Assembly: GCA_051294375.1 (NCBI GenBank)
Contig: CM119266.1
Span: 18,408,087 to 18,472,086 of the forward strand
DNA: 64,000 nucleotides
Direction of reading: 5' to 3'
DNA from: Paraspadella gotoi
Taxonomy: Eukaryota > Animalia > Chaetognatha
This document shows, in pieces, positions 1 to 12,803 of the stretch (the first letter of the stretch is position 1; each line of letters begins with the position of its first letter). The translations under genes were made by a program, and so were the position numbers. The notes beneath the pieces were generated by a model that saw nothing but the letters and a program-made list of their open reading frames with translations, was not told the origin of the DNA and searched no databases.

Positions 1-765
1 CATTTTACCCAATAAGAATATAAGATTTATAATTTTTCCTACATAAAACATTAATGAAAGGCTCTATGCACTTAATAATAGTATTTTAGTTATTATTTTC
101 GGTAATATTATAAAGAATTATACATAATATATTAAGAACACTTCAATTTTTTTAAAAATGCGGTCCCAGGGGCAGCAGGAGAAAATCGACTGCATCGTCG
201 ATTAGCGGGGACACTTTCCTAGATATATCACCAATTTTTTTTTTTCAAAATATATTTACTATGCGAAAAATTTTATTACTTCCAAAAATGTTCCGAATTA
301 CCCGGCACTACCCTATTTTACAATAGCTTCAAATTAGGCTCCCCCGATCTTCCCATAACTAAATAAAAAATTAATAAAATGAGAGCAAACATTAACAATA
401 GGTGACCAAAAATATCACTTTATTAGACTGCGGTAATAAACAAATGAATTGTACAGCGTACATATTTTCATATTGTCAAGCGCAAAACAGCCTGGAGATC
501 GATTCGGTTAAACACTACTCACTACTAAAACCCGACTAAAGAAAACCGCCACAAATGAAAAGCCATATCCCACGCGGTTGAGAAAATATAGAACTTTCAA
601 TTCCAAACAAGAATCAAATTTAAAAGTCAAAACTTTAAATTTGCCGAAGTATTTGCCGGTGATTTCTTCCCATTGTTTTTTGATCGGGCTCCGTGACATG
701 GGCGTGCCAATTCGGGGCCGAGGCAGCAAAACGACGCCAAATTTTAAACCCTGCCACTTCCTCTC

Positions 766-1852
766 CTACATTCCACCCAAATTGAGCAGAGATGGGTCGA
801 AGGGCTGCCCCTGGAAGGGCGAGCCCTCGGCGTTCCAACCCGCCTTCAACTGGTCAACGATCTTGAGCTGATCACTCGTCGGTTTTCCCTGCTCTTTTTG
901 CATCTGATCGAACTTGAGTTTGTTCACCGTGGCCAGGGACTCTTGGTCCAGATCCTCCAGAGGGCGAGAACAGTCGATGGCCTTGAGGTCAATGTCTTCT
1001 TCCCCTACGTAGGGGGTAGGAATGGATGCGATGGAGGTGTGGAAAGGGGGCAGGTAATAGGGGGAAATTTAGTAAGAATTTAATAATACATAAATTTATC
1101 TAAATATGAAATTGGTACAACCAATATAAAAATTATCCATTCATTTAATAAACAAGCTATCTTGCCCCTGACTTTGGACAGGCTTTGGTGGTTTAAGGCC
1201 TCCATCACTCTTACAAAATAATGACATAGCAGGTCCCTGCAAGCTTTCAATCAAGACTTTCACACAATCTCGTTTATTCTCTTCCAGAGTACCTGTCTTC
1301 CTTATCAAGGAAGTGGTATAATGTTTCAATGAATGTTTCAATTGTATGAAAAGACCACTCCCTTAAGTATTAGATCGGGGAATACTATATTATACTCCGC
1401 ACTAGCATCAAAATACAAGGAGCTGAATTTTATGAAATTGGTACAACAAATATAAAAATTATCCATTCATTTAATAAACAATCTATCTTGCCCCTGACTT
1501 TGGACAGTCTTTGGTGGTTTAAGGCCTCCATCACTCTTACAAGATAATGACATAGCAGGTCCCTGCAAGCTATTTTATACTTAGTTTAAAAACTACAAAC
1601 TTCTGAGCTGAAATGATTAAACACCTAAGAAAATTTTATCTTTCAATTCATTATGTGTAAATCCTTTTTTTTTTATGTGTTTGTATATTAAAGAGACAGT
1701 TTGAGTATTTTTGCAGCAACAATCTCTCTCTCTCTCTCCCCAATTGACCATTTCACTTCTTCTTCAAAACTATCAAAATCTATCTGTCCTTACCCTAAGC
1801 CTATTCTCACCACTGATCACTGTCCTTTCTCAACTCTATGTTGGAAACTTTG

Positions 1853-1887
<35 letters not shown>

Positions 1888-4164
1888 TCTTTTGTAAGAA
1901 AATTTGTGAGCAATTCACAAAAATAATTTGGTGCTGATGAAGGCTCGCATTTGAGCCGAAACATGTTCGTCCATTATTAAATTAAATTGTTGTTGCAAAA
2001 ATACTCAAACTGTCCCTTTAAATTCTAAAATTCCATCTCCCAAATTACCTTCGAAACAGGCGTCCCACCATCTTTCCTGAATCTTTTCTAAGGAAACGAG
2101 GACGTGATCCCCTGGCACGAGAGTCCACATGCTGTTGGTCGGGTGGACCTTCCACTTGAAGCGACCGTCGGTTAGGGTCTCCCATTCACCCGTCGTCGTC
2201 GTCGCCTCCACCCGGAGGGAATCGTCCCTTAAGTCGACCGCGACCTGTTTGCCCTTAGGAAGAGGAGGATCGTGGTTCAGAGTCGTTGGCCTCGTGCATT
2301 GTGCATGTCAATTCATGTCATTTTCATTGAACATGATAGGTAAGTCTGGGAGAAAAACAAACGGATCATATAGATTTCCATTTCGGTGCGATTTGGCACT
2401 AGCAATGGAATAAAGCTTGACAACAACGATGATGACATGATCGTGTCTGTCTCTCTCTATCTCTCTCTCTTGATGGAAAACTCCAAAGACTCTGATAATT
2501 TTTTTTTAAATAAAATATGATAATATATATATATAATATGATATTTTGGCAACAGCCGGGTTGCCTGTGATGCCCATTAGGATGGGGCATCTCACTGTTG
2601 GCTTTGGGGACTTCCGACCCTCATTGACGCCTCCAGTCATTGGCGCGGTTACCGTAGGACGGTCTCGCTTTGCCAACACAGACGGAAGTCGTTAGAACTG
2701 TGGATGGAACACTACGCCTGGGATGGTGTGTTCCCCCTCTGAGCCAATGGATTTGGCTGAAGGATGATGGACGTGAGGCGGTGTGAATATACCGCCACAA
2801 TATGATAATTTGATATTCATTGTTTATTCATAATTGATTTATTACTCGTTTAGTTAGTGAGCATCGCGTTTATCATTAGAAAGTATGTGTTCGAGTAAGT
2901 GTCTTATTATCTGTTGGGGTCCCCCGTTCTCTTGCCATTCATAATCATCCATAATCTTAATCACAGATCCTACAAAGTGGGCTTCACTGTGGTCGACTAA
3001 CATTGTGGTCTACGCGTTAGAGGGTCTCGTGCTTCTCAAGACCTCTAACAGTGGTGCATCGTCCTATCCATCTTCATGTGAAGAACACCCCAAGTGGTCG
3101 GCAATTCAAACGCCCTTTTCTCCTTCTCTTTTCTTTTCACCCTCTAACACTATTTCTTTCTCTCTCTTTCCTTATTTGACTTGGCCTCGAATAAATCGAC
3201 GCACCTTCTTGATATGATCTCCGACGAAGACCCGTACATCAAGCTCCTGGATGTCTTGAGACCAGGAGTACTTCTCGCGGACGGCGCCGTTATAGCTGTC
3301 AGGGTTGTCCTGGAATTTCGAAGGGCGTCCCTCGACGCCGCGTTTGATTGGCGCCTCTTCAAGTTTGGAGGTGGCATCGGCGTTGGATTGCTTTGAGAAA
3401 AGAAGGACAGATTTTATGGAAGTAACAAAAACAACATCTTATCAAGGTAATAAAGTTCTTATGAATAAAACAGTCAAACTGATCATTCTTAACGGAGTTA
3501 TTGTTTTAAAAGCAAAATTATACAAGGTTCTCTATCTTACTATTCCGCTTTTACATACTCCCTCTCCCCACCCGCGGCCTCCGCTCTTCTCACCGGCACT
3601 TCCTTCCCTTCATCTGTTCGGGCGGCATCCTCCTCATCGGGCGAAGACGTCGCCTTAGAGGCTTTGATCTTCGAAGCCGGCGACGTCGTCGCAGAATACG
3701 TCGTCGACAGCGGCTTAAAAGTCTCGACTTTCTCCGCTGGCTTTGCTGCTGGTGCAGCGGCTGAAGCAGCGTCTGATGCTGAGGCTGAGGCCACCGCCTT
3801 CTTGGAACTCTTGGCGGCGCGGATGGCTTCCTCGACGAGGCGCTTCTCGTCGGGGAAGAGTTCCCACGATCTATCCTCGAAAGATTTGAAGGCGTTGAAG
3901 ACTTTTTGACGAGCCGCTCCGGGAGGAAACCCGAACTTTGCCGACGGGTCGGGCATGATTCTGTTTTTGGTGGGGTAGAGAAGGAATGTCTATTTATGGA
4001 TACTTGAGAATCACATGTCCATTAAAAAAAGGCCACCTGAAGAAGTCGGTGTTTCTCTGGAGGAAACCGAAGAAGACTTGGATGAAAGAATCGATGCTGC
4101 CTTCGCGTTGAAGGATGTTGAGGAAAAGCGGATCGTAATCAATTTTATTCATAATTTCTTCCAT
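766..4164 (-). CDS. NUDCD3: NudC domain-containing protein 3 (5 exons)
   Basis: Manually spliced exons read MEEIMNKIDYDPLFLNILQREGSIDSFIQVFFGFLQRNTDFF / GFPPGAARQKV / DSYNGAVREKYSWSQDIQELDV / CS-domain WTLVPGDHVLVSLEKIQERWW / KAGWNAEGSPFQGQPFDP then TAG. These match NudC-N, CS and NUDCD3 C-terminal motifs; junctions are GT-AG. Confidence 0.93.
1105..1571. repeat. ~140-bp direct repeat pair (1105-1245 and 1431-1571) in a NUDCD3 intron
   Basis: Near-identical copies tatgaaattggtacaa...gcaggtccctgcaagct, period 326 bp. Confidence 0.85.
1692..2017. mobile_element. TTAA-flanked terminal-inverted-repeat element (Kolobok-like MITE) carrying a hammerhead core
   Basis: Left end TTAA|agagacagtttgagtatttttgcagcaacaat; right end attgttgttgcaaaaatactcaaactgtccct|TTAA; ~32-bp TIRs with 2 mismatches. 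Confidence 0.7.
1929..1973 (+). ncRNA. Minimal type I hammerhead ribozyme motif
   Basis: CTGATGA-a-GGCTC-gcattt-GAGCC-GAAAC-at-GTT: core boxes, 5-bp stem II and palindromic ACATGT stem III as in Penelope-associated minimal HHRs. Stem I is weak. Confidence 0.7.
2548..2799 (-). repeat. Hairpin-rich dispersed repeat, copy A
   Basis: Reverse complement aligns with 43702-43948 and 52541-52780. Confidence 0.85.
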
Positions 4165-5163
4165 TTTTCGCGATTTTTAAGTTTAGAATTCAGTGGGGAA
4201 TTTCTTTCACTACATAACCAAAGGCACCGGAGTATAAAAACTGTCAAAACAAACGTACGTGTAGGTACGATTTAAAATTTTTTTTTAAAAAGATGCAAAA
4301 AGAAACGGTGCAAAACTTGAACTTTAAATTTACACAAATTACTGCTTCCAATATTATCCTAAATTTTTGTCTCTACAATGTGTATATATATAGTCTACAT
4401 ATCATCATCGACGACAACAACTCAGCAACAACGACAAGTCAGCAACAACAACGACAACGATAAACAGCAAACGCTCATGCGCATAACGATTGAAACGCTG
4501 AGGAGCAAGTGATGCATGAAGGAGAATAGGAGGAAGCGCTTGATCCTGAGGATGAGGAGCAAGGAGCAAGCGAGGAAAGAGTGAAGGGAAAAATGACATT
4601 CAACTCTTGAAGCGATCTGAGGAGCGTTTGGGACTAAAACTTTAAAATTATTGATACCTTCTTGTGTGTTTTTACTATCTCCTGTAAACGAATTGGCAAA
4701 TAAAAAAAGTTATAAACGCATTGCTGCTTAGTTCACGTTTATGATAGGATTGATTTCATCGTGAAGGTACAGAGAAGGGCGTCTCAGTACTACCACCTGA
4801 GCAAAGATTTAAATCAATCTTTAAGGAAAACCGAACCTTAATTTTTCACAAAGTTAAAAACTGTTTAGATGTTTTAAGGTACGATCCATAGATAGGAAAG
4901 AAGGAGAGAGAGATTCAGTTTTGTCCTTTGTCACCTTCTCTGAGAATATGTATATGTCTAAGATCTCTCTCTTATTTTTCTCATTCCAAGGGAAAATACT
5001 GAACATTGAAGATTTTGAGTACTACCATTTAAGGAACATTTAAGACATTGAATTTACTTTCAAATCTACATCACAATTTTTATCTCACTAATTAAGTCAA
5101 GTGTAAAACCAGTGTCATTGATCAGCATTTTTCTTAAAAAAACCAATCAGGTCCCGCAGCGGC

Positions 5164-6948
5164 TCAAGACCCACAGAAAAGCTCGATCTCCTCATCGCTG
5201 GAGGCATCGACGATCGTGAGAATCCGGAAAGGGGCGTCGCAATCGGAAAAATTGAAGAAGGTTCGGTCGCCGCAATCCCAGAGCGCTTCCTCGGGCACAT
5301 CCTCCACCAACAAACTGACAAGTTTGAAAAGGGGGAAAGACGGATTTCAGACGGAGCCCAACCAGCGGGACATACGGAAATATTAAAAGAAGTTTTAAAA
5401 CCTTGAATTTTTAAGACAGAGCAGAAAATAATCAAATGTGGAGGGTTTCCGGACGGCGGCGCTAAAGATCGCTTTGGGCTTCGAGACGGCGTCGTCTCTT
5501 CTTCGCGGCGTCAAGAGATATTTCAAGACGCGGACCAAAGGAGGGATGATGCTGGGGTGATAGATGATGTCGGACCCGATGATGACATCTACAGGATCCG
5601 CTGGGAAAGTAAACTATTTGAGCTTCCAAAATTTTAACGAAAGAGTTAAGTTAATTAACGCTTTATTGTTTGAGATCATAACAACTCTCTTAAAACCTTT
5701 CCTGCCTTTCTTAAGAGATACACTTGCTAATCCAAAGTTTATTCTTTGCTCGGTATGATCCAATCAGGATTCGATTTTTACACTCACCCATCCAAGCAAA
5801 CCGCGAATCTCTTGGATCGAAATCTACCCAGTCGAGTCTCTTCGTTTGAATTCTCGTCTTAGATCGAAGCGACGGAGAAACAAGGCGGAGATTCAACTCG
5901 ATATGTTCCTCGCACCGGGAAAGGACCTTCGGGTAGGGGGGTTGGGAACAGAAAGGTAACTGAATTACAATTTCAACGGCCCAAAATACATCGTCACTTT
6001 ACTTTGTGGTGATAATCGGTAAAGACGTAACTTGCGGGTCCACACTCGACGATCGTGACGAGGCCCGTGAGGCCGACGCCACATCCAAGTTCCACGACGC
6101 GTTTCCCACTGAAGACTTCGGGGTTGAGGACGATCCAATCGTTTAGGACAATGGAGGCTGTCCACGTGGAAAGACCTGAGAGGCAAATTATTTAGTAATG
6201 AAAGACCAAAGAGGCCAATCATTTTAAGATGAGAGACCAAGGACCTAACATGCAATCCTTTAAACAGAAAAGACCTAGAAGGCCAATCACTTGAGGTCTA
6301 AAGGTAATACATTTGAAATGGATGACCTAATATGCCCCCTCCCCAAAAAAAGTCATTATTTTTGAACACAGAGAGAAATGATCACCCGTGGTGGCGAAGG
6401 TTTCGTCGACGGCGTCGGCTGACTCGAACACCGTCACCGGATGCCTCCCGTTCGACAAGATGTGCGTCTTGTAGCAATCTTGTCGGCGCCGCATCTCGAA
6501 GGGATCGTCCGTCTGCGGTGCCGGTTTCGAACCGACCGCCGTTAAAGCTGCGAGTAGTTGGGCGGCGTCATCGGCGTCCTCGACAAGAGAAGCGAAGAAT
6601 CGACGAGATAGCTCGGACTGATAATCGGAGTCGACGGGAAACTGGAGGCATCTGGGATGGGATGTGGTGGCGGCGACGACGCGGGGAAGGAAGGCGGTCC
6701 CGTGGGGAAGAGGGTCTTCGTGGCGGCGAAGGAAAGGCGATCAAGAATTTCTTGCGGCGTTGCTCTAGTTTTCTGGGAGAAAAAAGCGGGAGCGTTTAAA
6801 ATGAAGGCGAGATCCGGTCATATAATACTTACTATTACTATGTAGTATTTAGGCTCGTATTTACCTTGTGTAATCACATGCGACAGAATAGTTTTCGTAT
6901 GTAGAAAAGGAGTTCGTCATCTTTGTTCACAAATTTTTCTGCTTTCAT
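5164..6948 (-). CDS. EEF2KMT: Protein-lysine N-methyltransferase EEF2KMT/FAM86A (5' exons contain apparent indel errors)
   Basis: Exons give PVTVFESADAVDETFATTG|LSTWTASIVLNDWIVLNPEVFSGKRVVELGCGVGLTG..YVFTDYH, KRLDW and DVIIGSDIIYHP: class I MTase motif I, post-I and DxxY, with the FAM86-type TTGLxTW segment. Confidence 0.85.
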
Positions 6949-7789
6949 TTTGATTTTCAAAATAGACTTAGTTTTTTTACTTTTGTTTTGCCTCGGGTTT
7001 TTTTTTTTTAATTAAATTGTATCCGGGATGAAAAAGATTTACTTAAAAGTCTGAGAATCTTTTTGCCTGGTCATTAAAATGCGCATCCCGTTGAAGGGAT
7101 CTCGCAATTATGACGCAAGACGTTAAGAACAAAAATCTGGGAAAGATGAAGTTGAAATATTTTGCAATATTTTGTTCGATTGTAAATTGATTTAAAAAAA
7201 ACAAAAAAAACAAAAAAAAACTATCAAGATAACACCAACACCCTCGGGTGTTAAGAAGTGAATTGATATCACAGTCAACGATTTTTTGTTATTAAAAAAT
7301 ACTGTCGGCGACCCTGGAGTTGAATACGTTCTGGAGGCCTATGGAAAAGTGAAGAGGAAGAAGATGAAAAAAAGTTGTTTTTTTTATGAAAAGGAGAAAT
7401 TAGGACCGTGACAACAATGATCTTAAGTATGCCGAATTTATAGTATAAGATATTTGTTTTCATTTTTTTATTATTAAAATTTTTTTTATAATATTATTAT
7501 ATTTTATTATAAATTATTATACTATATAATTATTTTTCCAAATTTTATTTAAATTATTGAATGAATTCTTTCGTTTTATTGTGTATTGAAATTGTTGGAA
7601 GCAAGAAAATTTTATTAGCGTTAACAAACAATTTTTTTAAAAACAAATTATTTTTCTGTTTTCTGTTTTTTTTTTTAATCTTTACAAAATTCATTAATTG
7701 AAAATGCTAATACAAATTTTTTGCTTCAAATATTGTTTCAAAAATTTACATTATCATATATTTAAGCTGAGACTTAGTTTTAAACTTAT

Positions 7790-8030
7790 CTTTAATCCTA
7801 ATTTAGCCTAACCAAAATTAACTCTAACTTACCCCTCACCCTAACTAACCCTTAACCCTAACATAAACATAACCCCAAACCGCTAACTTATTCCTAACCC
7901 TAACTTATCCTTAATTTACCCGTAACCAACAACTTACCTTTAAACTTACCCTTATTCTATTTTATTTTTAACTTACCCTTCTTTTTAACTTTTATTTAAT
8001 CTTAATTTATTCTTAACCTTAATTCACCAT
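7790..8030. repeat. Degenerate CCTAA/CCCTAA-rich low-complexity tract
   Basis: Irregular cctaac/cttacc/ccctaa units in AT-rich intergenic DNA. Confidence 0.5.
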
Positions 8031-8581
8031 AATTATATAACATAATCATTACTTAATATTAATATAATCAACAATAGAAAAAAATATGATATCTTAATTC
8101 TTTTAATTTTTTCTCCGAGTAATTATCCTCTTCATTCTGTTTTTGTTCTTCTTATTCCAATAATTTATTAAGAAAAATAAGACCTCTAGAACGTACATAT
8201 CTCCAGGAATGCAATACTGGTTTTTAAAATTAATTGAACAATAAAAAAGGACTAGATTCCTGAGACAAATAAAAATCATAAACCAAGTAACAATTGGGTC
8301 ACTGATTTTTGGGACACCCTTCCAAAAAGACTAGGTTTGGAAAAACATTAGAGATTAAAGGGAAGAAGCAAGATAGACTGGAGTGGCAGAGTAGACCAAA
8401 AACGGTAAGGAGACTCACTGCGAAAGTAAAATGAATCAAGAAAATATTTTTTTCTATTTTAATTTCCCTCGCTTAGACGCGAACCCGCGCGTCGGAGGGG
8501 AAATGCTATTCGAATTGTTATCCTTTAAAGTAAATGGGCCGCATTCCACCAGAAATGCTTGGCTTCCTGCTTTTCCCCCGA

Positions 8582-11500
8582 TCAAAAAGGATCGCAAGGA
8601 TGCTTGCAATTTTGAATCCAGGACTCGAGGTGACCATCGTCGACGGTCATGAGAGCCGTGTAAACGGTCAGCTTGTTCAGTACGGGTTGAGAGGAGAGGA
8701 CGTCGAAGAGACGTGAAAAACTCAGACGACGAGGGGAAATCTGGATCGAAAAATAATAACAATCAATGATCCTCATAAATTATCAAATAAATTGGTTCAT
8801 TAAAAACCATTTTCAATCTTTATAAGTCAAATTATCACACCATCAATAAGATTCAATAATCGTTTAAATAGCCGTTTGAATTTCGACGACCGTAACCAAC
8901 CTTAACTACCACCGGTTGGTAATTTGATAAATCACACGACTTTTTTTCGTTTTTCGTTTTTACATTTTTTGTTAGTTGAAAAATGTCTATTTTCGTATTT
9001 TTCGCATTATTATTATATTTTATGTTATATTATATATTATATTTTATATTATTAATGGTTAAAGGTGGTTATGGTTAAGGTTAGTAGTAATTACAAATAA
9101 CGGAACGGAAAATCCCAGTCGTGAATGTAAAATTTTGCCCAATAATCAACAAACACATTCCCCTCCAACAGCTCAACCTCATTTACTACAGCAGCATCGC
9201 CCCTTTGCTCGAGTCACTCCCACCCACCTTCACCATGCACCACATCCCGGCGTCCCGGCGCCGATCGTAAAAAGGTGCCGGGTTCCAGTTGTCGTAGTTC
9301 GTCTGAAGGATGAACCACTTTGGGTCTTCGAGTGGGAGGACGTCTACGGCCTTGGAGCGAGATCGGGTGATGATTTCCGCCTTGTTACGTAAAAGTTACA
9401 ATTTTAATTAATTAATATAATTTGACTTAACTTGCGTCCAAGACCTGCCCCGTGACGTTTCCCGCTAAAATGAAATAGGCCGGTGCCAGCATCTCCGTTT
9501 CCGTCAAGAGACGATGGGCGTCGACGTAGGAGGTCGCGTTCTCCATCACATCTCGGGTTAGGAATCCATCCAGTGGGCGTGGCGGTCACCGAGGAGCCAC
9601 TCGATGATCCCGATGTATCCGCCGTCTTTTTAAGAGGGAAAAGAAGAAAGGAAAAAATATCAAGAAAAAAAATTCAGCGAAAAAAGTTAAGAAAAAAAAA
9701 AATGGAACAAGGCAGAAACAAAAATGACCTAACCCAATATATCGAATCTTTCGTTCATCGTGAGAGTGAAAATCTTCGGTCGATTCGCGGTCAATATCCC
9801 GACGTAACCAGCAAAGTTAACGGATTTAAAAAGAGGGCGTCCGCCGCGACGGAATTCCAAGTTGACCGTCAGAGGGCGAAGGAAAGCGGGCGTCGCCCAG
9901 GTGTGTCTTTCAACATCCCATCTTTAAGAAGGACAAGAAGATTAATGTTTGAGAAGTTAAATCGCGAAAAATAGTGCTAACTAAAGTAAAATTATTCACT
10001 GACTTATTAAATGTTATTTAAATGATAATTAAATGTCACGGCCGATTAAAGGTATATTTTTCGCGACTGTGAATTCGAAAGTACGGGTGGAAATAAAAGC
10101 CTGTCTCTTTTCTCCCGCCTTTTGATGAAGAGCAGGAAAAAAAAGAGAAAGCAGCAGAAAAGAGAAGAGAGAGAGAAAAAGAGAGAGAGAAGAGAAAAAA
10201 AAGAGAGACAAATAGAGAGAAGCTGGATAACCGCTGCAGATCAGCTCTTTTATTATTTTTTTATCAAATTAACCTATAGTGACAGAAAGACAGATCCGCC
10301 GTTCTGAACCAATCATTTTGGTTCTGTCCGTCTCACTCGCGCATTTTCCAGAACCAGACTCCCGTCCCATCGCAGCGCTTATCAGAACTAATTCTATTAC
10401 TTCATCTATCTCATCTATGTAGTACATTAGTCGGAAACAGAAATCCTATTAGGTACATTTTAAAGTCACGAATGACGAGCTCGAATCCGAGATTTTTTAC
10501 CCCATGAAAAGTCCAAAGTCGAGGTTCTCGCGTGATATAATCGCCTCTCTCTCATCCTCGGCGACGATAGAGGTGCGACGGTGAAGACTTCGTAAAAAAT
10601 GTTAAAGAGAACGACATCAGAGAGGGAGACGTTCGTCGCGCGGGCGATGCCTGAATCGAAGTTGGAAATTTGAATTTTTAAAAGCAATGATGAAGAATCA
10701 CTGGGACTGTCAACATCTCTATTTGTAGCTCGTTTTATAAAACATTGGTTTATATTCTAAATTAATTTTACCTGATTATCGTTAGGCATTAATTTATATA
10801 AACCCTTTTTCTTTTTAAGCAGATCACGTGATATTATTGTAATAGCCAGTGTCGGGGTTTTAAGAGGTTTTAATCGCTTTAATCCGTTTAATATGTTTTA
10901 GATGGTTAAGTCTTTTGTATTAGCCCACTCTTGATTCTTGATGGTGATTAGACCTTCCACATATGAAAAGTTTTGAAATAAAAAAACAAGTATTGTGTAA
11001 AAGGTGCCCATACATCATAGAATTTTTTTAAACATTTTTTTTTCAAAAAAAAAAAAATTACTGTAAATGCTGCAACTTTTGAAAAAAATGGTAAAAAATG
11101 GACTTTTTGCTAAATATCTTTTAAAGCTTTATTGGAGAATAAGTGCTTTTTATGGAGAATGGAGCTTCTGGACACAAAGCCAAAGCCACCAAAATGACAT
11201 GAGGAAAATGAGACTTGAGGTGCTCCAAGGTTTGGCCCAGAAACTAGCATGACTGCAATAACATCGAAAACGTCTGGTCAAGGATGAAAAAGGACATTTT
11301 GCAATATATTAACGACAGTCAAGAAAAAACAGGAAAATTGTAAAACGTATTTGGCGGATCTGAACCCTTCATATTTGCACAGCCTCTACGACTCTCTCCC
11401 TGTCGCATAGAAGTAATGCTGGAAACAAATGCTGGTCCGACAATATATTAACTGAGTGTTTTCCTTCAAATATTAAATAAAATACTTTTTTATCATAACT

Positions 11501-12331
11501 ATTAAACATTTTTTGACCATATGTGACAATAATCAACATTATTAACTAAGAGTAAAGGGTCATAAATGTTGATGGCTGCCTCTGCACCTTTCATTTCTTC
11601 GCCAAAGGGATATCTCATGGTGTCGGCCAGAGGCGCCAAATCTTTCTCCAACAAATCAATACATCGCGTGGATCCAGTCAGCGATTTCACGTACTGAATT
11701 TAAAAGAATAAAAAGAGCTCGAGACGATAATAGTCGGGCAAAGGATTATTTAACTTTTTCAAGTTCAGACGTGAAAATGTTTCCTTTTTGTTCTGGAGGG
11801 GTAAGAATGTTTTCCTTTTTGTTCTTAAAGCGATGAGTTTTGTGTACAACATCACTACTAAAAGCCGCCTCACCACTCACTAGTTTTTTCAGCCTCGTCT
11901 CAAGCGTGGATACCCGGGATCCCGTTCTGGCTGGTGACGGGACCGATTTAAACAAACTAGTAACCGCAACCTTACGCAAAGTTGGAGGATGACGCCCCGG
12001 CCCCAGCCGCCGATTTCCCCTACATTCTCAACATCACGATACCTTTTTTATATGCGTGATAAGCGCGCGAAGATGTCCGCCCGAGGCCTCACGACCTCGT
12101 CCATCTTTGCTCGGGCGGGGCGTGCGAGATCCACTACGCCCCACCCCACGGCGGTGCTGGCGGTTTCGAGGGTAACGGCCCTCTTCGGCAGGTCCAGGAG
12201 TCGGCGGCGTCGACGACGACGGAGACGGCGGGTCGACAGAACGGAGTTGTGGCGACTCTCATTGGAAGAGCCTTCTGGGCCAAGGTGGCGACGATGGCGG
12301 CGACAAAGATACACAACCGTCTCCAACTCAT
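8582..12331 (-). CDS. ASAH1: Acid ceramidase, copy 1 (frameshifted in this assembly)
   Basis: Signal peptide, [55 protein letters not shown] and the ending [20 protein letters not shown]. Confidence 0.88.
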
Positions 12332-12803
12332 CGCTTTTGGTCTTGAGTTTATATTATAGTTTTTCTTGTTACCTTTAAACTAATTTTTTTTTTATTCTCC
12401 CATAAAATCAGTCTTGTCCAAGGAAGAATCACTATTTTAGCTTTTATTCGGATATCACTGTTGATTTTTTAATGTTTTTTGACCAATCGATTAAAAAATC
12501 CATCTTCGTTTTCAACTATTGTTTTTTGTCTCAATGTTTTGCCAAAACTTAAAAAATACATTCAGATAGATTCATAAAATTAATGAAAAAAATATGAACA
12601 ATTATAAATTTAATACGTAACAGAAGAAAGTAAATTTTCACGACTGTTGAAACAGAGAAAAAAAACATGAAAAAACGAAATTGTCTTATCTGGAGACCAA
12701 ACTCCACTTCATATGGGCTCTTTTCGATAAACGCACTTTATTTTTATCATCTTTGCATCATTTCAGTTGATCTCTGTTTCTTTTCATCTCGGCTCCATTC
12801 CGA

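Noticed and set aside
2597-2695. HDV-like ribozyme in the structured repeat
   Set aside because: Crossing stems exist, but P3/L3 size, the P1.1 GG and P4 placement do not match the HDV fold in either orientation.
4400-4640. Small gene between EEF2KMT and NUDCD3
   Set aside because: Low-complexity CAA/GAG-rich tract with stops and no convincing splice pattern or homology.
6870-6880. In-frame TGA in the first EEF2KMT exon (and other internal stops) as selenocysteine or genetic-code reassignment
   Set aside because: TGA, TAG and TAA all terminate genes here (TMEM94, ASAH1, NUDCD3, RSPH14). A single-base indel restores the frame and no SECIS was recognised.
7790-8030. Telomere or interstitial telomeric array
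   Set aside because: Units are irregular and AT-rich with no run of perfect TTAGGG or TTAGG.
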